From NCBI RefSeq assembly GCF_037042905.1, contig NC_087245.1, positions 39,620,001 through 39,684,000 on the forward strand: DNA of 64,000 nt. Direction: 5' to 3'. The first letter of the stretch is position 1, and every line of letters starts with the position of its first letter. The notes beneath the pieces were generated by a model. It was not told where the DNA came from. It saw nothing but the letters and a program-made list of their open reading frames with translations, and did no database searches. Of the stretch, positions 1 to 13,170 are shown piece after piece. This DNA comes from Lytechinus pictus (lineage: Eukaryota). Made by a program: the position numbers and the translations under genes.

Positions 1-1404
1 GCATTTGACATGCGTTGAATGATATTTTATTCACCCATATGCACATGGGCTTGTTGTATTGACATACACTTTATACAGTATATTCCTCTGAACATTGGTG
101 TATTTTTTTTATAGCATAATTTTTGATACGGTGTATCTGGTTGATGCAATTTATTATACAGTGTACTTTGTTCAGATCTTTAGATGCATTGTATGGCTTT
201 TTGTAATTTTGCATTATTTTACATCTCTTTGTTTTCTATTATTTTTAACGCAAGTTTTTACTGACAGAACCACAAATCGTTTGGTACAAAGATCGTTGCA
301 CGACTTGCACGAGCAATTGTTGCATTTACTAAGTATATCTACAAGTGGTATTGTATATTATTCAGTTTCTGATTTGTTTTCGTGTTAAAGTCATCAAAGA
401 TTTGTTGGATTATGTTGTTGAGTTGGTGAGAAAAAGAAGATCTACATGTATTTGTCATAATGACAAAAATAAAAAAACATAAAGATAAATGAATATGTTT
501 TCTCTGGTATTGTGTTTGATTCGCTTCTCATCTCTCTATTTTGGGCAGTGACGGAAGAAGTGTTCTTTGCTTGTGTGAATGATGTAAGCTGTGCATGAAT
601 TGATTTTTTTGAGGATATCTGAATTAGCAAGGGTGAGTGATAATGTATGGCTCAAATAATGATTTAAATTAATCAAGACACCATACTGTCTTTACAACGT
701 GGACAATCTTCTACTGTACGTAGACTTTAGAAACCAAACACTGATCTTGGGGTACCCTATTCCTAAAACCTAAACAAATATTTGCCTATTTGGTCATGAT
801 TTCCCCTGAAATAGGCCTCAAACATTTTAACTTTCATGGTAGGGTGAAAACTCTAGGGTGAAATATACAGCGCTGTATAGGCTTGTAACCAACGCATGTT
901 ATGCCAAATTGAGACTGAGGAATAATATTCAAGCCAATTACCCCACTTTTAGAAGGTCGTCTCATACAGGCAGCCATGCATGCACCTTCACTTCTTGGCT
1001 CTAGAATGGTTTCATAACCAGCGATTGATTGGGCATATGATGTGTTGACATGCATTATGCTTGAACCTAGCCTGTGCCTGTATAATTATTATAGTTAGGG
1101 TCGAGTCTAGTTCACCAGTGTAAACTTATTCCAGGACCCCTATCAAATGATAAATTAGATTGCCCCCTGCCCCCCCCCCCCCTGGTACTTTACATCACTT
1201 ATTGTTTGGCACTTTGCCAATTTTTCTAAGCTGGAACTATATTTTGGCAGTTTGCCATGCTATAATGGTCATGAAATGTCTTGAACAATACTGGCTCGAT
1301 TTCATTATAATATAGGTTTTCATTCCCTTTTGTTAGAGCCTGATAATAAATTAACTTTAAGGGGAAATCTAAGATGATCGACAGCAGATGTCATGTGTAC
1401 AGTG

Positions 1405-1787
1405 TAATATCCCTTTCATAAACCTATCCTCCAATTAGCCGCCTAATAGTAATGCGGATAATTCAATAAAAATTGCGTTCACAAACTCCGAAAATTATCC
1501 GCATTATTTTTACGAGCGCCCGTCCTGAAAAAGGCAGATAATCGTCATGACAACTGGACATGCCCCCTCCAATGCGGTTGTGTTGGAAAAGGGTGACCTT
1601 GTGACCGCACCATGGCAATCCGCATTATTTGGAAATACGTTCATAAACTCAAAATCTTGTCCCGATGCTGCTATTATGTGGATAATTGCAGCATAAAAAT
1701 AATGCGGATAACTCTGGTCCTCCTCCGATTTTACGACCAAATTATGCTGCTATTAGCCGCATAATTAGGTTTATGAAAGGGGTATTA
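1405..1787. mobile_element. MITE with ~20-bp TIRs
   Basis: TAATATCCCTTTCATAAACCT ... AGGTTTATGAAAGGGGTATTA, with internal GCGGATAA/TTATCCGC repeats. Confidence 0.75.
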
Positions 1788-2070
1788 TTTGTCAAAATGA
1801 TCCATTGCCAAGCTACACAGTAGTGCACTCCTATTGCTGGAATTCAGTTCTGGTTGGTGGGGGGGGGGGGGGCTGGCTTCAAAGTAGGCACATAATGAGG
1901 GTGGGGATGTAGGTACTCGTTAATGAAACCATGGACCGAGAGTATAGTAGGTCCATGGTGAAACATATTACATGTACCAAGTCGAAGAAAAAATTGTAAC
2001 TATTCATACAAATCTCACTTGTACAGCAGACGAGACCGGGAGACAAGACAGGGATCGAAAGGGAGATCAG

Positions 2071-2199
2071 GGGGCCGTAACACAAAGTTTAGCAATGATC
2101 GTATAAATTTTTTCTACGATTGATTGCATTGACTACAATGTACAATCAATCGTGAAAATCAAGCGTATGATTATTTGTTAACCTTTGTGTAACGGGACC
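2071..2199. mobile_element. Harbinger-like MITE (CAG TSD)
   Basis: GGGGCCGTAACACAAAG ... CTTTGTGTAACGGGACC, flanked by CAG/CAG. Confidence 0.7.
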
Positions 2200-2758
2200 C
2201 AGATGGGGCCTAGAATTGGGGTATATAACGGGTACCTGCTAGTCATGAAGAAAAACCTCCATTTGAGAACACTATACCCCAGTTTCCCTTGCAATAAATT
2301 ATTTTCTCCAAGTACGACAAACCCTACTGCCCCAAGCATGCAATGTAAGTATCAAAACACCTGTTTCTTGACCTCGGTCCGAAGATAACACAACAGTCCG
2401 GCATATACAGTCACAGCAGGGAGCCACACACGATGGGATGCATGCGCAGCGCTGAGTGCGGACCCGGTAAGCATGACGTCATTTCTATTCGCTTACTTTC
2501 CTTATTTCGAGGTCGATTTTCTTCGTTCGAAATTAAAAATGAACTAACATTGAATTTCTGAATACAATATGCCTTTGAAAACGTGATTAAATATCGAATA
2601 CAATAATTTCATTCAGAAGGTCCTACTACAGGCAGAGAAGTCTTACGTAATAGCACAGCTGTTGTTTATCATTTCGTCCTTGGCTCAACGCTCATAATCT
2701 GGCCTGTGGAGGTGAAATTGAGACAGCGGGGATTACCTGACCAAGCGGGGTTGATCAG

Positions 2759-2900
2759 GCGGGTGTTTCATAAAGCTGTTCGTAAGTTAAGAGCGACTGG
2801 TGATCCTGTCTTGCGGTAAATGGTACACACCATTGGCGATAATCACCAGTCGCTCTTTAAGTCGCTCTTAACTTACGAACAGCTTTATGAAACGGCCCCC
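2759..2900. mobile_element. Harbinger-like palindromic MITE, family A
   Basis: GGGTGTTTCATAAAGCTGTTCGTAAGTTAAGAGCGAC ... inverse. Further copies at 6172, 6351, 8661, 10192 and 52860. Confidence 0.85.
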
Positions 2901-3923
2901 CTGGGCTTGGAAATGATGTTTTAGATTTTCAAATGCAAAATGGGGTGAAATACCGCAGTTTGCAATCTGAACTGCGGTACGTTCTCAAACGGGGGTTTGA
3001 CGTAATGGTGCTTGGTCTGCAAGCTCAGACCTTTGATTTTGCAATTCGCCTTGTGCATAATGCAGAGTCAAATTCAAATTCAAATTTATTTCCACAGTTA
3101 AGACTATACATGTATACAAATCATTGACATTATAGATATATTACATGTGGAAGGGTCAAAGACAGCACAACAGCTTGTATAAATTGGCCCCATCGTTAAC
3201 ATGTAAAATGAACAATAACAATATGATCGTAATCGTAACATAATTACAGATAAGTCTAAGAGAGAGAAGGAGGGGGGGGGGATGAAAACAAATCATTACA
3301 ATAAATGGAAAGCCAAGTTTAGAAGTGCTTTGTTTTGGAGACATGCACGTTTAACCTGATTTATAGATTTGATGTAGTGACTGATGTAGTGAGACTAGAT
3401 TCTCTATGTACTGTGGCTGTCTCTACTGACACAGACAGAGTTAGGAGTCTAGTCTTCACTCTAGACATGGCTTTGGTTAAAGTGTCAAATTGGGGTCTGT
3501 GTTTGCAGACTGGTAGTAGCTGCTACTGTATCCCCATATTTTTCCAACTTCAAAAATATAAATAGTCCATCTTTAAATAGTAAACACATCCACTTTCTTC
3601 CAACAGGATGTTAACCTTTGCCGGGCATGCAGGAAGCCAGGCATTATCATGCCAGCTTGGGTTTCTTGTGTTTACATCGTTGATTTCCCTTGCCAAAGAA
3701 TGTGATATAGCTGGCTGGTATAAATATGTTCATTTGAAAAAAACTTCTGTAAGCAATGACAAAATAAAGAGAACTTGTAGTTGTTATCATGGTGGGAGGG
3801 GACAGTGCAGTACCCGGGGGGGGGGGGGGGGGGGGTTGCAGCAGTATGAGATGGGAGAGAGAGGGTGGATTAAATGCAGACAGAAAGGGAGAGAGAAACT
3901 GATGGATAGCCTGGGAGAAAGTG

Positions 3924-4379
3924 ACCTTGTTTACATGTGATCGGCTTTTGCATCGGCTCGCGGTTCTGAACCGCGAGCCGATGCAGAATCGGCTTTTTTG
4001 TTGCGTGTAAACGCGATTAACTTAATTGCATCGGCTCTCGGTTCAGAATCGGCAATTTTGCACCACCAAAGTAGTAGGTTCAGAACCGCGAGACGATGCA
4101 GAATCGGCTTTTTACTACGTGTAAAGAGAAAGCCGATTCTGCATCGGCAATTTCATTTACTTTACCATTATGATGTACTTCAAAGCGCACGGATCCAGCG
4201 TTGTCTTTATTATGACGTATATTGTTGGTGTGCGCGGATCATTCCAGGTTTTTGACACGCGAGCCGATTCTGAACCGCGAGCCGATGCAGCGTGTAAACG
4301 CGGTGCAAGATAAACCCAAAAGCCGATTCTGCATCAGCTTTTGGTTCTGAACCAAAAGCCGATCACATGTAAACACGGT
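3924..4379. mobile_element. MITE with 26-bp TIRs and internal AGCCGAT/ATCGGCT repeats
   Basis: ACCTTGTTTACATGTGATCGGCTTTT ... AAAAGCCGATCACATGTAAACACGGT. Confidence 0.8.
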
Positions 4380-4654
4380 AATAGAGGGGGAATGCTTAGT
4401 CCTAATTAGACGGGTATTTAGGATCCTGGAAAAAAAACGAGAAGGGTGGTGGGCGGCTAAACGTTTTGGTCATTAATCCACACCATCCAACAAAAATTGG
4501 CACGCACGTTCCCCAGGAGATTTGACTGTTCCAAAATCAGTCTAAAATAAATAGTAATTTATGCATTAAAAAAAAAATCAACATTTGGCTAAGAATTGAA
4601 TTGCTGACTTGGTTTTATAACACTTTCTTTATAGAGGGGGTGGGGATTTACCAG

Positions 4655-5073
4655 AGGGCCCATCTCATAAAGACGATGGTAAAAACGATGGTAACTTTGC
4701 CATTATTATGACTACACTGTACTCCGGAAACCTTGATCATGATTGGCTGCCAAGTCCTATTAGGGTAGTTGCCAAAATGGCAAAGATCCAATTAATGTAA
4801 CATTTTATGAAATGGTCCTCTGCTCATCATCCATGTCATCATAGCAGTGAACTACTCCACATTGAAATATAATCACTTGCAAAGTGCCCCCTCCCCATCC
4901 ACTCAACAGATGGGCCCATTTCATAAATGACTTGCAACTGTTGTAACTTTGCCATTATGGCAACTACCATGGTAACCTTGATGCTGACTGGCTGCTGAGC
5001 CCTGTTACCATGGTAGTTGCCATTATTTTATGGCAAAGTTACAACAGTTGCAAGTCTTTTATGAAATGGGCCC
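4655..5073. mobile_element. Two related Harbinger-like MITEs (about 4655-4818 and 4912-5073)
   Basis: GGGCCCATYTCATAAA ... TTTATGAAATGGGCCC TIRs, with a central GTTACCATGG/CCAAT-type core. Confidence 0.75.
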
Positions 5074-6171
5074 CAGATCTACCACATAACGCCCAGGAAA
5101 CTATGCACTGGCTGCCTAAAACATCCATGTACAACAATCAGGTGAAATCAACTAATTTGTGATCACTTTCTTTGCCTATGTTTACACAAGGATGACATGT
5201 ACCGTAATACTTTTTATGTGTAATTCTTGCATTTAGTCTTTCCATGTCATTCTTTTTTATAAATAAATAAATAATTGTAGTTTTTGAAACTTTCCACAAT
5301 ATAAATGTAGATGAAGGGTGTGATCCCTTGGGTGTGTATTTTAAAATCCAGTTATCTTGGGCTACGGATAAACTCCATAATTGAATTATGAGAAGCCAAA
5401 ATGTCATTTTTTTTGTTTACATTGTGCTTTCTTAAATGCACTTTGCTCTTTCCTCATTATGTAATGATGGAGGTAAATGCATTTTTGTAATCATTCCCAG
5501 ATATCTATGAATGATTTGAGTTTCAAATCAAAAGTGAAACCTCAACTTTAGACCAAAGTTTCAATTTAACCTGGTTTCAGAACACAGGCCAGTGTTCAGA
5601 CTCTTGTTCATTCATTAAAAAATGTTTCTGATATCAACAATATTTCAACTACACAAACATTAAAAATACTTTTGTATATAAAATCATTTATTATTGACAT
5701 TGCACGTTTCAACAAATGCACATTATAAATTTCTGCATAACATCTGCTAATACAAAATTCATTTACACATAATCCATACATATAGAAGTACACTAAATTA
5801 ACAATATACATGTATCATGATAATAATATTGTTGGGTACTCTGCATTCTTGGAATGAGAAAATTCTAATAACTTGACAAGACACACTATATATAGAATAT
5901 TCTCAGGAATAAAAGGTTAACAACAAAGCAAACGTTAATGCATAGGAATCCTTATCTTCTTGACAACAAGAAAATTTCCCAGAGGTTTGCCAGACATAGC
6001 AACAATTGTTGTATACAGGTTGAAATCTATGCAATAGGTATTGTGATTCAGTCATTAATTGTAAAATGAATACAGGTGAATTTACCAAATATTTTTGGGA
6101 CCACCACCATGGAAACCTGTTCAACTTAGGTAGAATTTGACTCAGAATATCAAATATGTTTGCATATTCAG

Positions 6172-6723
6172 GTGTTTCTTAAAGCTGTTGGAAAGTTACG
6201 AGTGACTTTACGAACGACTGGTGATCCTTTGTTGAGGTAAGTCATGCGCACCAAATTTTGATTGGTGTGGATTAAGCTCATAAGAAAGGATCACCAACTG
6301 GTCGTAAAGTCGCTTGTAACTTTTGAGTAGCTTTATGAAACACCCACCTGTTGGGTGTTTCATAATGCCATTTGTAAGTAAGAATGACTGGTGATCCATT
6401 CTTGTGATAATTGGTATATTACTTGGCGATGGTTAAGCGCGTAAGAAAGGTTCACCGGTCGGTCTTAAAGTTGCTCTTAACTTACAAACACCTTTATGAA
6501 ACACCCACCTGGAGGGTGTTTCACAAAGATTTAAGTATGACTTAGAGTCGCACTTAAATACCAAGTTGCGTACGGTATGAAAGGCTTGACCACATTGGTC
6601 AGATCGTGTCATGAGGACGCGCACTACTGCGTGTCTATTAATAAGATCGCGCGTTCCATATCATGTACGCGTAGGCATTTAAGTGCGACTTAAGTCATTC
6701 TTAAATCTTTGTGAAACACCCCC
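6172..6723. mobile_element. Chain of three abutting MITEs (6172-6347, 6351-6508, 6512-6723)
   Basis: Each is bounded by GGGTGTTTCA..TGAAACACCC TIRs and separated from the next only by CTG trinucleotides. Confidence 0.85.
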
Positions 6724-6758
6724 CAGGTCAGATAAAAGTGTTTTGACTTGGTTGATTA

Positions 6759-8184
6759 CAGGCGCGTAGCCAGGGGGGGGCGGTCGCCCCCCCCAAAAGA
6801 AAAAAAAAAGAAAAAAAAAGAACGGAAAAAGAGAGGAGAAAAGGAAAAGCGAAGGGAGGAAAGGGAAGAAAGGTAGCTTTGTGGGTTTTTCTTTTTCTTT
6901 TTTATTTTTTCTCAAAAGATATTCACTCTTGCTCTAAATGTATATGAATTTTGCTTCCGCGCTGCGCGCGGTTAAATGACAATATTGCAGTTCTCCTTGT
7001 ATCCCCTCACTCTTTCTCTATCCCTGTTTTTCCACCTCAGCTATATGTGTTTCTTGCCAGTTAAAGTTCAAATGTATACATTAGGGCATGGAATTAGAGT
7101 AAGGTTAGTCCGAAGTAGATGAAGTTATATTTTTTTTCAAATTGATCGCGCAACTTCTGGTCGGGTCGACTCCGGGCGGGTAAAATCTTTATATCAATTT
7201 CTGCTGTCACCTCCATATAGGCAACTTCTCCCACTTTTCAGCTCATTACTAAACAACCATAATTTGGGGGCAAACAGGTACCTATTTTAAAAGAGGAAGG
7301 TATACAATTCGTGTCGTATTAAATAAAAAAAAGTACAATATTTTTGTTATCAAATTCTATTAAACTTCATGTCCCTGCACATTCATCTCCTGTCCTGTTT
7401 TGCGCCCTCATTTTGAAATTTTGAATGACACCTAAGTTTCTTTATCATTAAAAATGAAGCGCTTCAGGATAATAGTCAAAGAAATCATCTTTTTTATATA
7501 ATTTAAATAAATCATAGAAGTTTCAACTTTTTGTGCACTATTTTCCTTGTAATGAAGTTCAATAATCTTAGAAAATCAATTGAATTAGAGCCGATGGGGT
7601 ATTAGAGATATCTGCATTTGATGAAACGTCCGCCCTTTGAAATTTCAGAGTTTCATTGCTCAGGGCGGGGAGGAATATCTTCCTCCCGGCATATCTTCCT
7701 CCCGGCATATACCCTAGCTTCTTCTCCTCTGTTTTGCGAGTTAAAGATATAATTGTTTGTAATCAAATCTGATCTTTCCAAGGGAAGCATCCAATATAAG
7801 CTTAGAAAATACCCTTTTCCAGGGACCCTTTCCTTTTCCAAGAAATTAATAAAACGCTTTAGCTTCCGCGCTTTGAGCGGAATGATTATTATTTTAATTA
7901 CCTCCATTTTATCTCTTTTTTGAGCGTTCACAAACACTTTCGAAAACAAGGTTCAAAATCACAATATAGTAAACTGAATTGGAGCTGATATAGGTACTAG
8001 AGACAAGAGAGACGGCTCCTTTTCATTTTAATTTATGAAACACCGAAAGCTTCGCGCGGGAGGGAGAAACTCCCCCTCCCTGCACCCACCCCCTAGGGAG
8101 CGCGCTTCGCGCGCTCTGTAAGTGTTGGCACGCTTTGCGTGCATTTACCGCCCCCTCCAAAATGAAATCCTGGCTACGCGGTTG
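6759..8184. mobile_element. Non-autonomous hAT-like element
   Basis: TIR CAGGCGCGTAGCCAG ... CTGGCTACGCGGTTG, with a perfect 8-bp TSD GTTGATTA (6751-6758, 8185-8192). Confidence 0.9.
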
Positions 8185-8476
8185 GTTGATTACTCATAAC
8201 TTAAGCAGTATCTACTGTACACACATGTAGTACAGCACTTTTAGCTTTCCTGCAAGTCTGCAATAAATCTAGAGAGTAGAGACATACATGTAGAAGAAAA
8301 TGGGATTTTTTTTTCATGGAAAATACACTGATTGAACACAAGACGGTTTTGACTAAATTTCTTGTTTCAATAACCATGATATGATGAGCACCAAATAGCC
8401 AAACACTTTCAATTGTCAATTTGCCATCAATACTGGGCCCTGTTACATAAAACATTTACGATTGATTGCGGATCTG

Positions 8477-8621
8477 GGGCCCGTTGCAGAAAGAGTTGCA
8501 ATCAATCGCAACTCTAAAAATCATGCGCAACTTGATTTTCAACCAATCAACAGCGCGCATTTGGGACTTGCGATTGATTTTTTGACTTGCGTTTAAACGC
8601 AACTCTTTCTGCAACGGGCCC
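8477..8621. mobile_element. Harbinger-like MITE (CTG TSD) nested in another MITE remnant
   Basis: Perfect TIR GGGCCCGTTGCAGAAAGAGTTGC, flanked by CTG/CTG. Confidence 0.85.
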
Positions 8622-8660
8622 CTGATTTGTAAGATCATATTGCTGAGCGTTGTTTTACCA

Positions 8661-9915
8661 GGTAGGAGTTTCACAAAGCTGTTCGTAACTTACGAGTGAC
8701 CTAACGAGCGACTGGTGACCCTATCTTGTGGTACAAAAATACACCAGATTGTCATTGGTGCTGATTTAGTTCTTAAGATATGATCACCAGCCATTCGTAA
8801 AGCCATTCATAACTTAGAAACAGCTTTATGAAACACCCACCTGATATGATAATTACACTGACCTGTGAGTTGTAGGATGCAAAATTCAATACAATAAATT
8901 ACAAAAAAAGTTAATTCCCTCCCCTCCCCCACAAAAAAATAAGAACCAAACTATGTAGCGACACACTTTCCATGTGTCACAACATCAGGGCCCGGGCTTA
9001 CAAAGAGTTACGATTGATCCAATCAATCGTAACTCTATGGAACTCCATCAGTGTCATAATTTTTTTCTACAGGAAATTGCAAAATGTCCTTTGTAAACAA
9101 AGGAGAACACACCAAATTGTCAAGTAATCAATGAATTTATGGATATACATTCATATGTAGAGAAATTTTTGAGCAAACATGCATTTCATATGTTGACTTT
9201 GCTGGCTTTCCATAGTTGCGATTGATCGGATCAATCACAACTCTTTGTAAGACAGGGCCCCTGTGCAAAATTTCATGTCAAGCAGAACATTTATAGCTGA
9301 CAACTGAAGAGTGGTCTCAAACTGACCTCTCCTAGTAAAAAAAAAAAAAAAAACTGGTATGAAAAGGCACAGTTTAAAATTAGCACATTTACATGTAACC
9401 TGTATAATGAAGGAGATGTTAAGAAAATGATACCAAAAAAAATCACATCCATAATTGCATACAATGAAATACAATGAGCACACCAAAATTGAATCAAAGA
9501 GAGGGCAATGTGTCAATAATAATAATAATTCGCTTTTATATATAGCGCAATATCAATCTACATCTGCTCAAGGCGCTTCATAATCATTATTGCCCGGTGA
9601 CTGGATTCATAGCTTTTCCCCCAAAGTCTGTGCTCAGTGTGCTGCATTATCTAGCAGGAATACCCATTCAAACGCATATATAAAATAAATCTTTAAAAAG
9701 AAGAAATAGTGAGTGGGAGACATCACAGGATAACACGTGGTATACTGGGGGTGTTTCATGAAAGTTGTCAGCGCATACTTAATTGTCAGTGCTGACAATA
9801 TCAGTGAAATCCTTTGTTTTGATTGGCTGAGAGGCACTTACCTCCAACTGTTACTATGGTAACTGTCAGAGAAATACAAGTTGTCAGTGCTTACAAATTT
9901 CATGAAACAGTCCAC
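8661..9915. mobile_element. Cluster of further MITEs (about 8661-8840, 8988-9260, 9747-9913)
   Basis: TIR pairs TTTCACAAAGCTG/CAGCTTTATGAAA, CTTACAAAGAGTT/AACTCTTTGTAAG and TTTCATGAAA/TTTCATGAAA. Confidence 0.7.
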
Positions 9916-10191
9916 TGATGTAACTATTCTTTTTTAAATAAAGTCAAGCAAACCTTTAAAATATAATTGTCATGTATACATCCAACTTTAATGCAATTTT
10001 GGCATCATGCTTGTTTGATTTTCCTTAAACATTCGAATAAAGCTTTTTGTTGGGTAGAAATGGCCCTGGACCTTTTGAAGACAAAGTTACAATTTTACGA
10101 TACTGGCGAAATGACAGAGAACCTTGCCTTGCGACTTAATAGTGGATGGCCACCTATGAAGTACTGTGTAATAATTCATAAAACAGTACAG

Positions 10192-10362
10192 GGGGCCGTT
10201 TCATAAAGCTGTTCGTAAGTTAAGAGTGACTTTAAGAACGACTGGTGATCCTTTCTTGTGGTAAACGGTATATTCATTGGCGATGGTTTAGCGCATAATA
10301 AAGGATCACCAGTCGTTCTTAAAGTCGCTCTTAACTTACGAACAGCTTTATGAAACGGCCCC
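10192..10362. mobile_element. Harbinger-like MITE family A, young copy
   Basis: Near-perfect ~65-bp TIRs and CAG/CAG TSD. Confidence 0.9.
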
Positions 10363-10465
10363 CAGGGCCCTGTTGCATTGATTTTTATGTAAAGGCAACT
10401 TTGCCATCTAGTAGTAATTACCATGGTAACAATGCTGATCAGCCAATCAACATTAAACATTCCAG

Positions 10466-10655
10466 GGACCGGTTGCATAAATATGTCATAATGACATCAA
10501 TCTCAATCATGACATCAAATTAAACATAACTTGTGTTGTTGGCATAAACTCAGTTGCCTATAAATACCTGTCTTGTTTTAAAGTTATGTCAAGTTGTGAC
10601 ATAATTGAACAGCCATGACATAAACTGAATAGTAATTTATGAGCCTAGTGACGTA
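10466..10655. mobile_element. Left arm of a MITE whose matching right arm is at 39195-39323
   Basis: GGACCGGTTGCATA...ATGACATCAATC..AATCATGACATCAA aligns over ~100 bp with the reverse complement of 39225-39323. CAG lies outside both ends. Confidence 0.6.
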
Positions 10656-12165
10656 ATCTTTAATAGGAAAAGTTAACCCATGGAAAGTTTTTGCAGTAAA
10701 GATCTTCGGGATTGCACTCATTCGATCTTGCTCCAAAATCTGACAGGTTACTAGTATGGGCATACTTTGAAATGCATTTTATGTAAATAACTGTCTGTAT
10801 GTGCAGACATAAGTATAAGTACGGAGCAGATCATTAATCAAATTTTTTTTTTATCGGATGACCGTCCGGTGAGGATGATGACTGCAGATGCTTAATTGAT
10901 ATTTTTATGTTCCTCTTTGAATTCCTTACGTAAGGAGTCTAAAGTAGAACCTATGGATCGCAAGCGATTCTTTGGAAGTGCTTCCTGGCTGTGACAAGGA
11001 AGCGCTTACAGAGACAACCCTTTCAAAGGGTCCAGTTGAGGATGTCCTCAGCGCCAATTGCTGGGACTTCCTCATCTCCTGTTAGGAAAGTGAGTGAAGT
11101 TAAGCGAGGTGTCATTTGTCCATTTAAAGGGGGCGTGAATGTTCTTCAGAGGGACAAACTTGCTAATCACGCTTTTTTAGAGGTGGTGGAGAGAGAATGC
11201 GGGGGCTCCGCACCGATGCTCTAATTACACTCGTACGCGAACTGGATTTGAGAGGGTTGGTAGGTATATATTCGAGTTCCTAAATATGCGATGGAGCTGT
11301 GCAGTGAAAACCAGTTTTCAGTGAGAGCTTATTAGCGATATAGTAGAGTTATCAAGAGAACAGGGTTGGCCTGTACCTGCATAATTTAATCCATCACCAC
11401 CCATTCACCAGCAGTTCCCATGCACTGGCGTTCTTTGCCATTTCTGGTCGGCCAATTGCCTCATGCCAGACAGGCTTGGTTTAAGCACAAATTTTCAGTT
11501 CCATCAGTAAAGCAAGAACAGAGACTTCACACTCCTCAGGAAAATCAGCCTCCACCAGCGGCACAACCAGCTTAAGTTACTGTCCAACCTGTGGTTCATA
11601 GACCTCCTGAGGGAAGTCTAACTGCTGGGGATTTGCTGAAACTACAAACAACTATCACCAGTCTCTACAGTTATCTGCTACTTTTTTTATTGGCTATTCT
11701 GTTTATTACTATTGTGATTTGCTGGTATTTTGGACTGTCGGACAGTCTCGATAGCCAGCTGAGCACTATTTCTCCCAGTTCCTGTTCCTTTTGAAACTTG
11801 GAACTGAAACTTTGACAACTGTTGATTCATGCTATATTTTGCTCTAAAAAAATTTGACTGTTTTGACTGTGTATTCTGCATCATTGGATATTCGCATAAA
11901 GGTGAGTGTCGTTGCAATTGTATACTGATACTGCTGTGTAATTTATGTATGTTTTATACTGCATTTTCGATAGTTCGAGTTCACCCCTTTAGCATTTAAC
12001 AACTGGAAGAGGCCAGACCATGTTCTACAACTCTTGCAATCAACAATGTACAGTGGTGAAGAGAGTAATCTAAAACTTCGCAGGGAGAATAACACACAAA
12101 GACAGTATTAACAATGTGGCAAAGGCCTATTGTAAAACCAACGTTTCTTTCATTTCACATTACAG

Positions 12166-12428
12166 GACCCCACAGTGGCGAACTCCCACTACGGTCATAA
12201 CAGGGAACCCACTGATTAAGAGATCCATGTTGATGGTGAACAGCTATGCAAGGCAACCGGTGTGATCAAAGGGCTATGTGCCACATTTGCTTCTCATTAC
12301 ATATTTGATGTGCAGTATCCCAGTACTTGCAAAAATACCCTGGTTTGCAGCAGTTTCTTGCTGGCCTTCAAACTGGCAAGCCACTGCCATTGAAGGTACA
12401 TCGTTTAATCGACAGTGTCATCCATTGA
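12166..12428 (+). pseudogene. SAMD3-like (CACTA/EnSpm-associated ORF) terminal exon, frameshifted
   Basis: Follows a TTACAG acceptor. DGEQLCKATGVIKGLCATFASHYIFDVQYPSTCKNTL/LQQFLAGL...* matches the F..Y.F...YP....TL.FLQ motif. Confidence 0.55.
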
Positions 12429-12542
12429 TTTTTTTTTCTTTCCTTTTATGAATTTGATCTTTAGTACCTCATTCTGCAAGAGTTCACCTTGGCAATAAGT
12501 TGGCTTTAATAAAAGCAGAAAAAAAAATAGAGAAACTATATT

Positions 12543-13170
12543 GGTAAAGAATTTATGAATTCATACTTGATACGGGAACTGTGTGTTATGGCTGGTGTTG
12601 AGAAGAAAACAACGACACCTCACCATCCACAGTCAAATCCAGTGGAGAGATTCAACCGTGTCCTTCTTGACATGCTTGGATATCTCTCCGACAAACAAAA
12701 GTCAGAGTGGCGACGGCATGAAAGTAAACTTGTACTATGCGTACAATGTTTGTGGCGAAAATGATACAACACATTTCTCACCTTATCGGATGTTTGGAAG
12801 GAATGCACGCAGGCCCGCCAATTGACTTGGCCTTAGGAATAGACCCACAGTGGTCTGTGCACACTGACAAGACATTAAAGCACTGCGAGAGTAGCAACCC
12901 GAGGCCTACAAGTAAGAATAGGCTGGGAGGAATACGGCTGCCTGCAGTATTGTCAATAAAGGGCACTACGATCAGAAAGTCAAGACACCAATCCAAGAGA
13001 AAGGTGTCCATGTTCAAGTAAAAAGAGGCACATCTAAGGGGAAAACACAAGTTAGCCAATAGATGGGGTGATGACGTGTATGAAGTTCAGTCAAAGATGG
13101 ATGACTCACCTGTTCATCGAGTGCAGAAGGTGGGTACTGACCTTGCACCACAGGTCCTCCATCGGAATCT
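12543..13170 (+). mobile_element. Gypsy/Ty3 integrase fragment (degenerate)
   Basis: LIRELCVMAGVEKKTTTPHHPQSNPVERFNRVLLDMLG / YAYN..NDTTHFSPYRMFGRNAR / PIDLALGI, with frameshifts. Confidence 0.85.

Noticed and set aside
10870..11660. Gypsy gag N-terminus (GLRTDALITLVRELDL)
   Set aside because: Too short and degenerate to assign, and not counted in the strand-bias tally.
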